Notes under the pieces: generated by a model
Seen by the model: only the letters and a program-made list of their open reading frames with translations
The model's database searches: none
What the model was told of the DNA's origin: nothing
DNA from: an uncultured Tenacibaculum sp.
GTDB taxonomy: Bacteria; Bacteroidota; Bacteroidia; Flavobacteriales; Flavobacteriaceae
Direction of reading: 5' to 3'
DNA length: 64,000 bases
NCBI RefSeq assembly: GCF_947498805.1
Contig: NZ_CANMLT010000012.1
Location: 181-64,180 of the forward strand
Shown here: positions 1 through 8,892 of the stretch, piece after piece
Position numbering within the stretch: position 1 is the first letter of the stretch
Layout of the letters: every line of letters starts with the position of its first letter
Position numbers and translations under genes: made by a program

Positions 1-2172
1 AAAAGAGAGGGCGATATATGGTACAATAAACAAACAGATATTATAAAGAAGTTCTTAGAAAACAAGTACCACAAACAGTTTTCATCTTACAATGAAGCAA
101 AAGACCATGCTTTTTTAGATCATGAAAGGAAGAACAGAAGTAACTATGTAACTCCTGTTATTAATAGTAAAAGAGAAGATAGAAATAGAAGATCTTTAAA
201 AACTAGAACCAATGTTAAAGGGCTAAGAGCTTTAAAAATAAGAGAAACTGAAATAAAAAATGGTATCATTAATTATTCAGCATACCCTACTTATGAAGTT
301 AATGGAGTTCCTTTAAAAGACATAAAGGATATTAACGCACTAAATAATGCCTATAGCAATTTATTAGGGCAATTTATAGATAATAAATGGAGAGAGTTTG
401 AAAGTGATTATATTACAAAAATACTAGGAGCTTCTTTTGATAATAGTCTTTTAAAAACAAAAAATAGCATTTACCAGAGTTTAAACAAGTGGGATCGTTT
501 AGATTTTATGCAGTTTTATATTTACTATGATCAACTTATTAATAGACCTACTCCGATTCCTATGAATCCTCAAGAGGCAAAATTGTTTGAAGAATATTTA
601 GATAAGATAAACTCTATTACTTCAGCCTATGTAACTAACTATGTAAATGCAAACAAGAATAATGATGTATCATTGTTTCATGCAGATCATTGGAAAATAA
701 TTTGGAAAAGAGACTATGGTAATTCTCTTTTTCACATAAATACTGCAAAAAACAAACACAAAGAATTAAAAGAGAAAGAGCTGAATAGACTTATTAACAC
801 AACTTCTATACACGCTACAACTACTATAGACAAACTAGTATCTTTATTAAGAATTACCAATTTAGATGAATTGCAATGGTTAAATGATCACCCACATAAA
901 GGAGATGAATTTGATAAACGATATAGCAATGCAAAATTAAGAGACGTCAACAATCCGCAAGACCCGTCAAAAGGAAAAATATTACCACCAGACTATTACG
1001 AACAACTAGCTATTTCGAGTATTAGAATAGAACTAGCCAATGGAGCTATTGCTGGAGGCGTAATTCGTAAACTTGAACTTACAGATATTAAAATAAAAGA
1101 CTGGTTATATGAAAATCTAAGTCAAGCACAAAAAATTACTTCATTTTTACATGAGAATAGTATCAGCGGTACAATTAACAAAGAGATAAAAGGCATGACT
1201 AATGAATTCTTAACTATTACCAAAGAGATACCTAATGCAAAATTTGAAAGATATAAAGAGCTATTGAATTTAATAAAAGAAAACCCATTTGCTTTAATTC
1301 AAGATTGCATTGAGAACAACGGATTAGCCATTGAGCACTATACATATCTTTACGAACATACGTTGCCTAATGAATGTCTCAATAGGCTAAATGAGTTAGG
1401 TAGCGCATTTAAAGACCAACCTTTAAACGAAGGCAATGCAGCTGCGGCAAATGTAGACTATTACGGTGTCGAAGTAACTAAAAATCCAGATTTTAATAAA
1501 GATGGAATTCCAGATTCAGATGAAGAAATTTTTCTAAAGTATAGGGAAAATTTTGCTACTTTAGCAAGTGGTGGTAAGAAAGATTTTCAATTTTCTTGTG
1601 ATATTCCAGGAGATAGCGATGATAAAGCTGATGTCAGTTGGAAGTTTATCCCTTATTTTCCTTGGGAGCTTACTAAATGGAATTCTTACAACCCATTAAC
1701 TACAATATTTAAAATTGATGCAAATGCTGATGTTTTTATGAGTTCTACAATCGCCGATGATGGAGCTATTATGATTTCAGAATATACATCGAGTTACTGG
1801 ATTGGCTCTACAATTGCTACGGAATTTTCAGGAACCCAACCTTTTTCTGGAAATCGACAATGGGGTTATATAAGGAATCAAAGTGGAAATTTAGAGTTGT
1901 TCGCCAGGGCTGTAGATATTGCAAGACTTTCCAATGTAATGACATACTCGAGTTTTATTGGTTTAGGCGGTAATTTTGAATGTAAAGAAGACACCTATTA
2001 TAACATCGGTGAAGCAACTTGGTCAAATTTACAAGAACAAATTAAGAATTGGGTTGTAAAAAATGGTGGAGAAGCAAGTGTTATACCAAAAACAGCCATT
2101 CGGTTCGATAAAAATAAATTGAAAGAGATGTTAGAAAAAAATGAAGCTATAGATAAAATAAAATGTAATTAA
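1..2172 (+). CDS. large hypothetical protein, 5'-partial (continues upstream of the window)
   Basis: I translated frame 1 from base 1 and it has no stop before the ORF-track Met at 508, so at least 723 codons are present. No family motif recognised. Its stop (2170-2172) is 1 nt from the next ATG (2174), which suggests coupling. Confidence 0.6.
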   Translation, partial: KREGDIWYNKQTDIIKKFLENKYHKQFSSYNEAKDHAFLDHERKNRSNYVTPVINSKREDRNRRSLKTRTNVKGLRALKIRETEIKNGIINYSAYPTYEVNGVPLKDIKDINALNNAYSNLLGQFIDNKWREFESDYITKILGASFDNSLLKTKNSIYQSLNKWDRLDFMQFYIYYDQLINRPTPIPMNPQEAKLFEEYLDKINSITSAYVTNYVNANKNNDVSLFHADHWKIIWKRDYGNSLFHINTAKNKHKELKEKELNRLINTTSIHATTTIDKLVSLLRITNLDELQWLNDHPHKGDEFDKRYSNAKLRDVNNPQDPSKGKILPPDYYEQLAISSIRIELANGAIAGGVIRKLELTDIKIKDWLYENLSQAQKITSFLHENSISGTINKEIKGMTNEFLTITKEIPNAKFERYKELLNLIKENPFALIQDCIENNGLAIEHYTYLYEHTLPNECLNRLNELGSAFKDQPLNEGNAAAANVDYYGVEVTKNPDFNKDGIPDSDEEIFLKYRENFATLASGGKKDFQFSCDIPGDSDDKADVSWKFIPYFPWELTKWNSYNPLTTIFKIDANADVFMSSTIADDGAIMISEYTSSYWIGSTIATEFSGTQPFSGNRQWGYIRNQSGNLELFARAVDIARLSNVMTYSSFIGLGGNFECKEDTYYNIGEATWSNLQEQIKNWVVKNGGEASVIPKTAIRFDKNKLKEMLEKNEAIDKIKCN

Positions 2173-2173
2173 A

Positions 2174-2728
2174 ATGAAAAAATCATTATCTAATTTTGTT
2201 GTTAGAATATTATTAGCTCCTTTATTATGTTCTATAGGTCTATATTTTTTCAATTTAGATTTGTTTTTATATCCTCTGGTGTTTGGAATAGTAATAGGTA
2301 TTTTAAATTTTGATAAATATAAAACTAAGCCATTAATAGGTTTACTCTATGGTCTAGTAGGAGGATATTTAGCTTTTTTTCTATCCTATTTTTCGTTTTT
2401 TTTATTATTACATCTAAAAACTACTATTGGAGAAGACAAAGCCAATCTTATTGCGATTATTACTGCACCTAATTTACTAGCTCCTATGTTAGTCTTTTCG
2501 GTTTATTGGTTCGTTTTCAAATTTAAAAAATCAAAATTTACATTCTTGATAATGGCATTGTCTATTATCGTTTTAATGTTATCATGTATTACAATATATT
2601 TAAACATTAATCTTTTAGGCAGGAACTCTATTAATACAAATTTAATTTGGCAAGTTATTATGGCATTAGCCATTCAACTAATAATTTATCAAAAGGAGAT
2701 GTTTCCTAAACATAAAATCAATTCTTAA
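2174..2728 (+). CDS. multi-pass membrane protein, unknown function
   Basis: 184 aa made almost entirely of hydrophobic helices (LLAPLLCSIGLYFF, LVFGIVIGIL, LIGLLYGLVGGYLAFF and others). Tightly coupled to the upstream ORF. Confidence 0.55.
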   Translation: MKKSLSNFVVRILLAPLLCSIGLYFFNLDLFLYPLVFGIVIGILNFDKYKTKPLIGLLYGLVGGYLAFFLSYFSFFLLLHLKTTIGEDKANLIAIITAPNLLAPMLVFSVYWFVFKFKKSKFTFLIMALSIIVLMLSCITIYLNINLLGRNSINTNLIWQVIMALAIQLIIYQKEMFPKHKINS

Positions 2729-2745
2729 TTTAAATAACAAACGAA

Positions 2746-4002
2746 ATGAAAAAGAACTTTTTTTTTGCAGCTTTAATCTATTGTTTTCTTAGCTCAGAAA
2801 ATATAGAAGCCCAGAAAGAGATAGCTCCAAGTATTGATATTATGCTATACTTAGGGAGAACACCTGGTAAAGCAGAAAGTAAAACTCTTTATGATAACTT
2901 ATTAAGAAAGTTATATTACGAGAAAAAATCAGATGGGTTTAATAAGATTAGTTTTTTAAACAGTAAAGGAGATTATATTACCTCTAAAAAATTTAATATG
3001 GCTTCTGATTTTTATGGTGATTATGCCAATATTATTAAAGATTCTGTCTATGGATATATAGATAAAAAAGGAAAACAAACTCTTTTTAAAAACTATGATT
3101 TTGTGTTTTTCTATTATGGAGATATTGGTATAGCTAAAAAAGGAAGAAAAGAAGGTTTAATTGATAGGGAAGGGAATATTATTAGAGATTTTGATAATGT
3201 ATTTTATGATTTTTTTGGTTATAATCATTTCATGGTTACTAATAATAGAAAAAGTCAAATTATAACCCAAAAAGGGAAAGTTGTTTTTTCAAATGAATTA
3301 AACTATTATATCAAAAGCCATTTTTTCACGCCAGATTCTTTAATCGTTTATCAAAAAAAAATAAACGAAAAGAAAATGAACGGGTTAATCAATTTGCAGA
3401 ACCAATTAATATCAGATAAACTATATGAAGAAGTGTATTATGTTGGGGATGAAGAATATCGTTATTATGCTGTAAAAAACAATAATAAATGGGGGTATAT
3501 TAACAAGAATGGAGAAGAAGTAATCCCTTTAATATATGATAAAATTAGCTTCAATATAAATGAAGGACTTATACCTGTTCAAAAAAATGGTAAATGGGGA
3601 TATATTGATGTAAACAATAACATTAAAATCCCTTTTGAATATGATAAAGCATTTGCCTTTACAAATAAACTTGCTTACGTAAAAAAAGGTAAGTTTTATG
3701 GTTGCATTAATAAGAAAAACAAAGTAAAAATAGATTTTAAATTAGAAAATAATAGTTTTCCTTTTTTCACAGATAAACTATCTGTATTTAGAAAAAATAA
3801 TAAATACGGATTCATAAATAAAAAAGGAAAAGTAATTATCCCACCAAAATTTGATAATGTATATCCTTTTGTTGATGGTTTAGCATATGTGAAAATTGGA
3901 AAAAAAATTGGGTATATTAATAAAAAAGGAAAGTTTATTGTTCCTCTAAAAGAAAGACAGATGTGGTTTCCTAGTGATGGGATTATTAGAATTGCTGAAT
4001 AA
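2746..4002 (+). CDS. secreted WG-repeat (KWGYI-type beta-repeat) protein
   Basis: N-terminal signal peptide (MKKNFFFAALIYCFLSSENIEA). Repeated motifs KWGYINKNGEEVIPLIYD, KWGYIDVNNNIKIPFEYD, KYGFINKKGKVIIPPKFD and IGYINKKGKFIVP are typical of the WG_beta_rep family. Confidence 0.75.
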   Translation: MKKNFFFAALIYCFLSSENIEAQKEIAPSIDIMLYLGRTPGKAESKTLYDNLLRKLYYEKKSDGFNKISFLNSKGDYITSKKFNMASDFYGDYANIIKDSVYGYIDKKGKQTLFKNYDFVFFYYGDIGIAKKGRKEGLIDREGNIIRDFDNVFYDFFGYNHFMVTNNRKSQIITQKGKVVFSNELNYYIKSHFFTPDSLIVYQKKINEKKMNGLINLQNQLISDKLYEEVYYVGDEEYRYYAVKNNNKWGYINKNGEEVIPLIYDKISFNINEGLIPVQKNGKWGYIDVNNNIKIPFEYDKAFAFTNKLAYVKKGKFYGCINKKNKVKIDFKLENNSFPFFTDKLSVFRKNNKYGFINKKGKVIIPPKFDNVYPFVDGLAYVKIGKKIGYINKKGKFIVPLKERQMWFPSDGIIRIAE

Positions 4003-4212
4003 TATTTGCTCAATTTTTTAGTAATAGAACAACTTGTAATAAAATCTATATATACTTAGATTTAATATGGAGTATCGAAAACGGAAAAGCATTTAGTAAA
4101 TATGGGGATTATCAATACTAAAGATTAATTTGACAAAAATTAGCAAAAAAATCAAAAGCTTAATCATCTATAGAACAAGGTTAAATTTAATGTTTTAGTA
4201 AAAACCTAAAAA

Positions 4213-4515
4213 ATGAATATTTATAAACATTTAAAAGTAAGTGCTATAAATTTAGCGCTTACTTTATTATTTATTTTACTGTTAATCTACAACAGTAAAG
4301 AAGAGAGTCCAGTATTAATTATTATATTGCTTTTCTTAGTTGTTTTAATACTTACTTTAAGTTTTAGAGCGCTTTTTTTAAACATAAAAGCAATAAGAAA
4401 TAAAACTATTTCAAAACTCACTTTTCTTCTGTGTTTTGGTTTTAATCTTCTATTTCCGATAACGTTTTTTGGATTGATTATCATAAATCTAAAAGATATT
4501 TTAAAACTATTATAA
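4213..4515 (+). CDS. small hypothetical membrane protein
   Basis: 100-aa ORF with three hydrophobic segments. No homology recognised, and coding potential is uncertain in such AT-rich DNA. Confidence 0.3.
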   Translation: MNIYKHLKVSAINLALTLLFILLLIYNSKEESPVLIIILLFLVVLILTLSFRALFLNIKAIRNKTISKLTFLLCFGFNLLFPITFFGLIIINLKDILKLL

Positions 4516-4581
4516 AAGCATATTAAAAAATATAGAGGTATATTTAATGAGTTAAAGAAATATACGTTCTCCACAAACAAC

Positions 4582-4621
4582 AAACCCTTTTAAGTTGAGT
4601 GCTTAAAAGGGTTTGTTTTTT
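4582..4621. terminator. rho-independent terminator hairpin (bidirectional)
   Basis: aaacccttttaag / cttaaaagggttt gives a 13-bp stem with a 7-nt loop, followed by a T-run. A-rich on the other side. Confidence 0.6.
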
Positions 4622-4664
4622 AATGATAGTTCAGTTCTTTTGTTTTTATATTCTTGAAAACTTC
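4613..4664. repeat. left copy of a perfect 52-bp direct repeat (orphan copy of the kinase 3' end)
   Basis: ttgttttttaatgatagttcagttcttttgtttttatattcttgaaaacttc is identical to 7310-7361. Its reverse complement encodes EVFKNIKTKELNYH*, the C-terminus of the ORF at 7317-8213. Confidence 0.9.
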
Positions 4665-4769
4665 AGCACGAGAAAAAGTGTATCAAAAAATTCCTAACTA
4701 AATTAGTTAAGGATTTTACTTTTTAGAATTAGTGAGCTATATTTACACTTTTTACTTTAAATTTTAATA

Positions 4770-5291
4770 TTATTCAACCCAAACAGATCTACTACAAATT
4801 ACATCCCATTTTCCATTATTTTTTTGCATTAGAGTAAATTCACCTCCGTATGTTTGCAAGTTATAATAAAGAGCCATTGTATTATTACGAAATAGAACGG
4901 GTATTGAAATATATTGTGTTTTTAATTTTTCTTCTTTATTACTCAATTTATCTTTTAGTTTTGGTAAAAATTTATCAAGCTTAAGAACCTTATGAGTTTT
5001 AAATTTTTCTTTAATAAATTTAATTTCATTTTTAGGTATTTTGACAACTGAATCTATTCCATTTTTACACAAATAAAACTCAAGATATTCTTGATTAACA
5101 TACGATACAATTGGTTTATCTCCATCTAGAGTAATTGTTTTATAATAAACCTTATTGGGATTATTTTTTACAATATTTCGTAGTATTCTTTTTGTTTCAG
5201 CATCTTTTAGAGCGATTTGCTCAATAGAAGAACAACTTGATAAAATAATTGATAAAAGTATAATCTTAAGGACATCTAGTACTTTTAGCAT
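4770..5291 (-). CDS. hypothetical lipoprotein
   Basis: Signal peptide plus lipobox (LLSIILSSCSS). 173 aa, no recognised family. Confidence 0.55.
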   Translation of the reverse strand: MLKVLDVLKIILLSIILSSCSSIEQIALKDAETKRILRNIVKNNPNKVYYKTITLDGDKPIVSYVNQEYLEFYLCKNGIDSVVKIPKNEIKFIKEKFKTHKVLKLDKFLPKLKDKLSNKEEKLKTQYISIPVLFRNNTMALYYNLQTYGGEFTLMQKNNGKWDVICSRSVWVE

Positions 5292-5374
5292 CTTGTTTGC
5301 TTTTTTACGTTTTTATTTCAATTTTATTGTTTTACTTTCTTAAGCTTCTTAAGATGTCCTATTAATATTATTTT

Positions 5375-5791
5375 TTAATCAATAAGGTTAGCATTTTTTA
5401 AAAACGTTTTAATAACTATTGAATCATTTACGTTAACTTTCAATCTTTTAATTTCAACTGTTTTCTTACCAATAAAAGCTATTTTTATGTTATGAGTCCC
5501 TTTACTTAAAGAAAACGTTTTTCCTTCTAAATTAACTTTGTTTATCTGAATTAGAGCATCTATATTACCTAAGGAATCATGTGTATTAAAATGAACCCCA
5601 GTAAATAAACCGCTCTTAGATTTAAACTTTTTTATTGTATAAGTGCTAGTAATTGAGGAATTAGCCCTTTCATATATTCTTTCATATGACGACTTACATG
5701 CAGTTAATACAATTATTGATATAACGAATAATATTACAATATTATGAGTCGCACGGGGCGCTTTTCGCACTTCTTCTAGAGTCTCTTTCAT
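5375..5791 (-). CDS. hypothetical lipoprotein (possible cognate partner of the upstream HExxH protein)
   Basis: Hydrophobic segment plus lipobox (IVILFVISIIVLTACKSS). Overlaps the 3' end of the upstream ORF by 50 nt in another frame. Confidence 0.5.
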   Translation of the reverse strand: MKETLEEVRKAPRATHNIVILFVISIIVLTACKSSYERIYERANSSITSTYTIKKFKSKSGLFTGVHFNTHDSLGNIDALIQINKVNLEGKTFSLSKGTHNIKIAFIGKKTVEIKRLKVNVNDSIVIKTFLKNANLID

Positions 5792-7174
5792 TTTTAATAA
5801 TTCTTTGAATTTCTGTTTTATTTGTTAAGGACTTATAACTGCTACTAGATTCTAATCCTGCCCAAGAAAGAGCTTTATAATAATCAATGTTTTGCCTATG
5901 ATTATCATATGCAGATAAAGAATAAGCGAGAGCCTCAACATATTCCCCCATAAATTGATGTTCTGTTAGGTTAGATTTGTAGTTATTTAGCTTATGATAC
6001 ATCTTTAAAACACTCGTTATTGTTGAGTTTTGTTTGGATCTTGTAATATAATGTAAATAAGCGTGTAAACTCTCATGAATTATTGTTTTCGCTATAAATA
6101 ATCTAGTAGCTTCGTCTATCATGTCAGTATCTAAAGTTACATGAAAACCATTAGTATTACCATTTACCCCCTCTCCGATATCGTCCAATTGTACGATAGA
6201 AAACTTTAAATTATATTCTCTAGAGCTATTAAATAACTCTAATATCATTTGTGATAAATGAGTTTTCCCTCCTAAATTAGGTATTAAAGTCCCATTTAAA
6301 TCTTTTTGCTTTAACGTGTTAATAATTTCACTAACACAAGGATTATTTGTGTTGTCAATAATACCATCTTCTGCCCACCAAGGTTTAATATCTTCGGTAT
6401 TAAGTTCATTCGTATTATCCCCATTAGAACCTGAATTACCATTACTATTTGAACCTGCACCACTTCCTAAATTATTATTATGACCTAAACTCCAATCAAT
6501 CGGGTTTTTTATATTATTACTAGGAGTACTCCAATCTTCATAAGTATCTGAACTACTTCCTCCACTAGTTCCACCAACACAAACACAATCCAATAATGTC
6601 CCTACATCCCATCCATCTATTAACAATTCTACAACTTCCAATGCAGATGTATCGCAGGAACACCCACGACTAGAAAGACTATTAGATAAATTTAAATCTT
6701 TTAACGTTTGAATGTAATCTCCTTTTTTATACTGATAAACTTCTATAAATATGCCATTACTATCATGTTTAAAAATATAACCAGAAAATTCTTGATCATC
6801 AGAATCTTTATCATAAACTAAAGTTAAGATAAATGATTCTATTTGGTTATTTTTTTTACCGAAGCAACCAGAGATTTTAAACGTTTATCTGTGTTTAAAT
6901 TTATAGGTGTATACAAAAAATTTATATTTTCTTTAAATTCTTTAATTTTAGAAGCTTTCCACACAATATCTAGGTCTTTTCCAGATTTTAAACGAGTGTT
7001 TTTAGAAAATATAGTTTGTTCAAAAACTTCTTTGGTTTGTTTTACAGCAGGAATAGAATATTTTTGCTGTACTGTCGAGATTTCGATAGAATCATTGTTA
7101 TTTTCATAATTAAATAACAATATTGAGACAGTAAGTAATAATAAAACCGATAATAAATACTTTAATTTTTACAT
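5742..7174 (-). pseudogene. disrupted gene for a secreted Cys/Gly-Ser-Asn-rich protein with an HExxH (zinc-metallopeptidase-like) C-terminal domain
   Basis: ATG (7174-7172) is followed immediately by TAA (7171-7169), then by an in-frame signal-peptide-like KLKYLLSVLLLLTVSILL. The ORF-track pieces 6839-7120 and 5742-6641 lie in different frames. They would join if one base were removed from the A8 run (coding strand, 6850-6857). The sequence between them (ESFILTLVYDKD...CSCDTSA) is open in the downstream frame. HExxH motif: TIIHESLHAYLH. Confidence 0.55.
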
Positions 7175-7309
7175 TCTTTTTTAACTTTTCACAAAACTAA
7201 TTATTAGAAAATAAAAAAAGTAGATTTTTCAATTACTAAAAGTAATTGAATCACCTACCGTTCAAAAAAAACACAAATGGTGTTTTTTAAAAGCCTTAAT
7301 TGTAAGAGA

Positions 7310-7361
7310 TTGTTTTTTAATGATAGTTCAGTTCTTTTGTTTTTATATTCTTGAAAACTTC
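7310..7361. repeat. right copy of the 52-bp direct repeat (functional 3' end of the kinase gene)
   Basis: Identical to 4613-4664. Confidence 0.9.
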
Positions 7362-8213
7362 TTCTCCATTTTTTATTCGTTGTATAAAACTTTGCAAGGG
7401 TCTTCTTACAAATCTCTTAGATGGCTTTATGTTTTTGTCTTGGAGTTTTTCATTGATAAGGTTTTGAGAGAAATAGGCAACAGATCCTATAAAATATACT
7501 GGATAAGAAGCCAATTCTTCTCGATACTCTTTTAATTGATTCTCTACAAATTCGTTTATGGACTTGTTTATAATTTCCTGACAAAATGGATGCTCTATAT
7601 TTTCAAACAAAAATCGCGCATGTTTAGCCAAATATTTATTAGGTGCTTTGGAGGTATATAATTTAGATATTACTTTTTGCGGATTCAATTTAAATTCTTT
7701 TTCAAATGAAAATTGTAAATCCTGTGGCATTTTGTTATAGAAATATTTTTTTAATAGCTCTTTACCCAAATGATTTCCACTTCCTTCATCCATAAGTAAA
7801 TAACCCATAGCCAAATTTTTCTGAAGCACTTCTTCTCCATTAAAAAAACAACAGTTCGACCCCGTTCCTAAGATACACACCACAGCCGGTTTGGAGGTAA
7901 TTGACAAAGCTGCCAACATTAGATCTTCGTTTACATAAAACTTTGTTGTATTTGTAAATTGCGATAATAATACTTTTGAGATACTACTTTTACTCTTTTC
8001 TGTATTACATCCTGCTCCAAAAAAGTATACTTGTTCAATACTCGTTTTATACTTTCTTAAGGTTTCATTTTTCTCTATAATCTTTACAAGATCTTCTTCT
8101 TTAAGAATAGCTGGATTTAAACCTTTTGTTCTAACCCTCTTTATTTTCTTTTTATTCTTCCCTATTAAAACCCAATCACATTTCGTTGACCCACTATCTG
8201 CTACTAAAATCAT
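7317..8213 (-). CDS. BadF/BadG/BcrA/BcrD-type ATPase, N-acetylglucosamine kinase-like
   Basis: N-terminal MILVADSGSTKCDWVL and GAGC / ILGTGSN phosphate-binding motifs of the ASKHA sugar-kinase group. Last gene of the GlcNAc locus. Confidence 0.8.
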   Translation of the reverse strand: MILVADSGSTKCDWVLIGKNKKKIKRVRTKGLNPAILKEEDLVKIIEKNETLRKYKTSIEQVYFFGAGCNTEKSKSSISKVLLSQFTNTTKFYVNEDLMLAALSITSKPAVVCILGTGSNCCFFNGEEVLQKNLAMGYLLMDEGSGNHLGKELLKKYFYNKMPQDLQFSFEKEFKLNPQKVISKLYTSKAPNKYLAKHARFLFENIEHPFCQEIINKSINEFVENQLKEYREELASYPVYFIGSVAYFSQNLINEKLQDKNIKPSKRFVRRPLQSFIQRIKNGEEVFKNIKTKELNYH

Positions 8214-8216
8214 ATA

Positions 8217-8795
8217 CTAATAGTTTATTCTATCTATTATTTTATTCACTAATTCTTTTCCTAAATCAACTTCTTTAATTGACCTTATTTGTTCTAATTC
8301 TTTGAAGCTTTTATTTCTTTTTCTATCAATCAATTCAATGGGTAACATTCCCTCTTTTAATAGTTTTGCTAAATAGGTGTTTTCTTCCTTTTTAGAATTG
8401 GATGAAAAAATTAATCCGTCAATGATATCTCCAGAAAGTAACCTGATATAAGAAATTTCTTTTTCCAAAGCGTTCTCTGTTGGATATGCCATTATTAGGT
8501 GTCCATGTTTATAAGACTCTTCGGTGATTCCTGTTAATAGGTTCAAATAAAATTCATCTTTTAAAGAAGGGAGAATAACTCCAATAATTAGCTTTTCTCT
8601 TTTCTTTAAATTCCTAGCATAAAAATTAGGTTTGTAGTTAAGTACTTTCGCTGCTGCTATTATTCTTTCCTTTGTATCACTACTTATCTCATAACTATCA
8701 TTCAATGCTTTTGACACAGTAGATATGGATACTCCTAACTTTGACGCTATATTTTTAAGTGTTACTGTGTTTTGCATTGGTTTGTATTTAATCAT
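8217..8795 (-). CDS. LacI-family HTH regulator, unusually short (192 aa)
   Basis: VTLKNIASKLGVSISTVSKALNDSYEISSDTKERIIAAAKVLNYKPNFYARNLKK is a LacI-type HTH. Only part of the periplasmic-binding-like effector domain follows. Confidence 0.7.
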   Translation of the reverse strand: MIKYKPMQNTVTLKNIASKLGVSISTVSKALNDSYEISSDTKERIIAAAKVLNYKPNFYARNLKKREKLIIGVILPSLKDEFYLNLLTGITEESYKHGHLIMAYPTENALEKEISYIRLLSGDIIDGLIFSSNSKKEENTYLAKLLKEGMLPIELIDRKRNKSFKELEQIRSIKEVDLGKELVNKIIDRINY

Positions 8796-8892
8796 TTTGT
8801 ACCCAAAACCTCATTGGATTCCTCCAAAGACTGTGTATCAAAATATGTATTATAAATAATTCTTTTAGATATAATAGATGTGTTTTTAAACT

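Larger units (their letters stand above)
4613..7361. mobile_element. putative integrated islet or remnant bounded by 52-bp direct repeats (no integrase present)
   Basis: Perfect direct repeats sit 2697 bp apart and duplicate the 3' end of a host gene, which is an att-like architecture. The cargo is two lipoprotein genes and a decayed secreted HExxH protein gene. No recombinase is seen. Confidence 0.45.

Noticed and set aside
3696-4583. Minus-strand ORFs 3696-4013 and 4287-4583
   Set aside because: They are antisense to the WG-repeat gene and to the small membrane ORF respectively. They are Phe/Leu/Ile-rich reverse-frame artefacts of AT-rich DNA.
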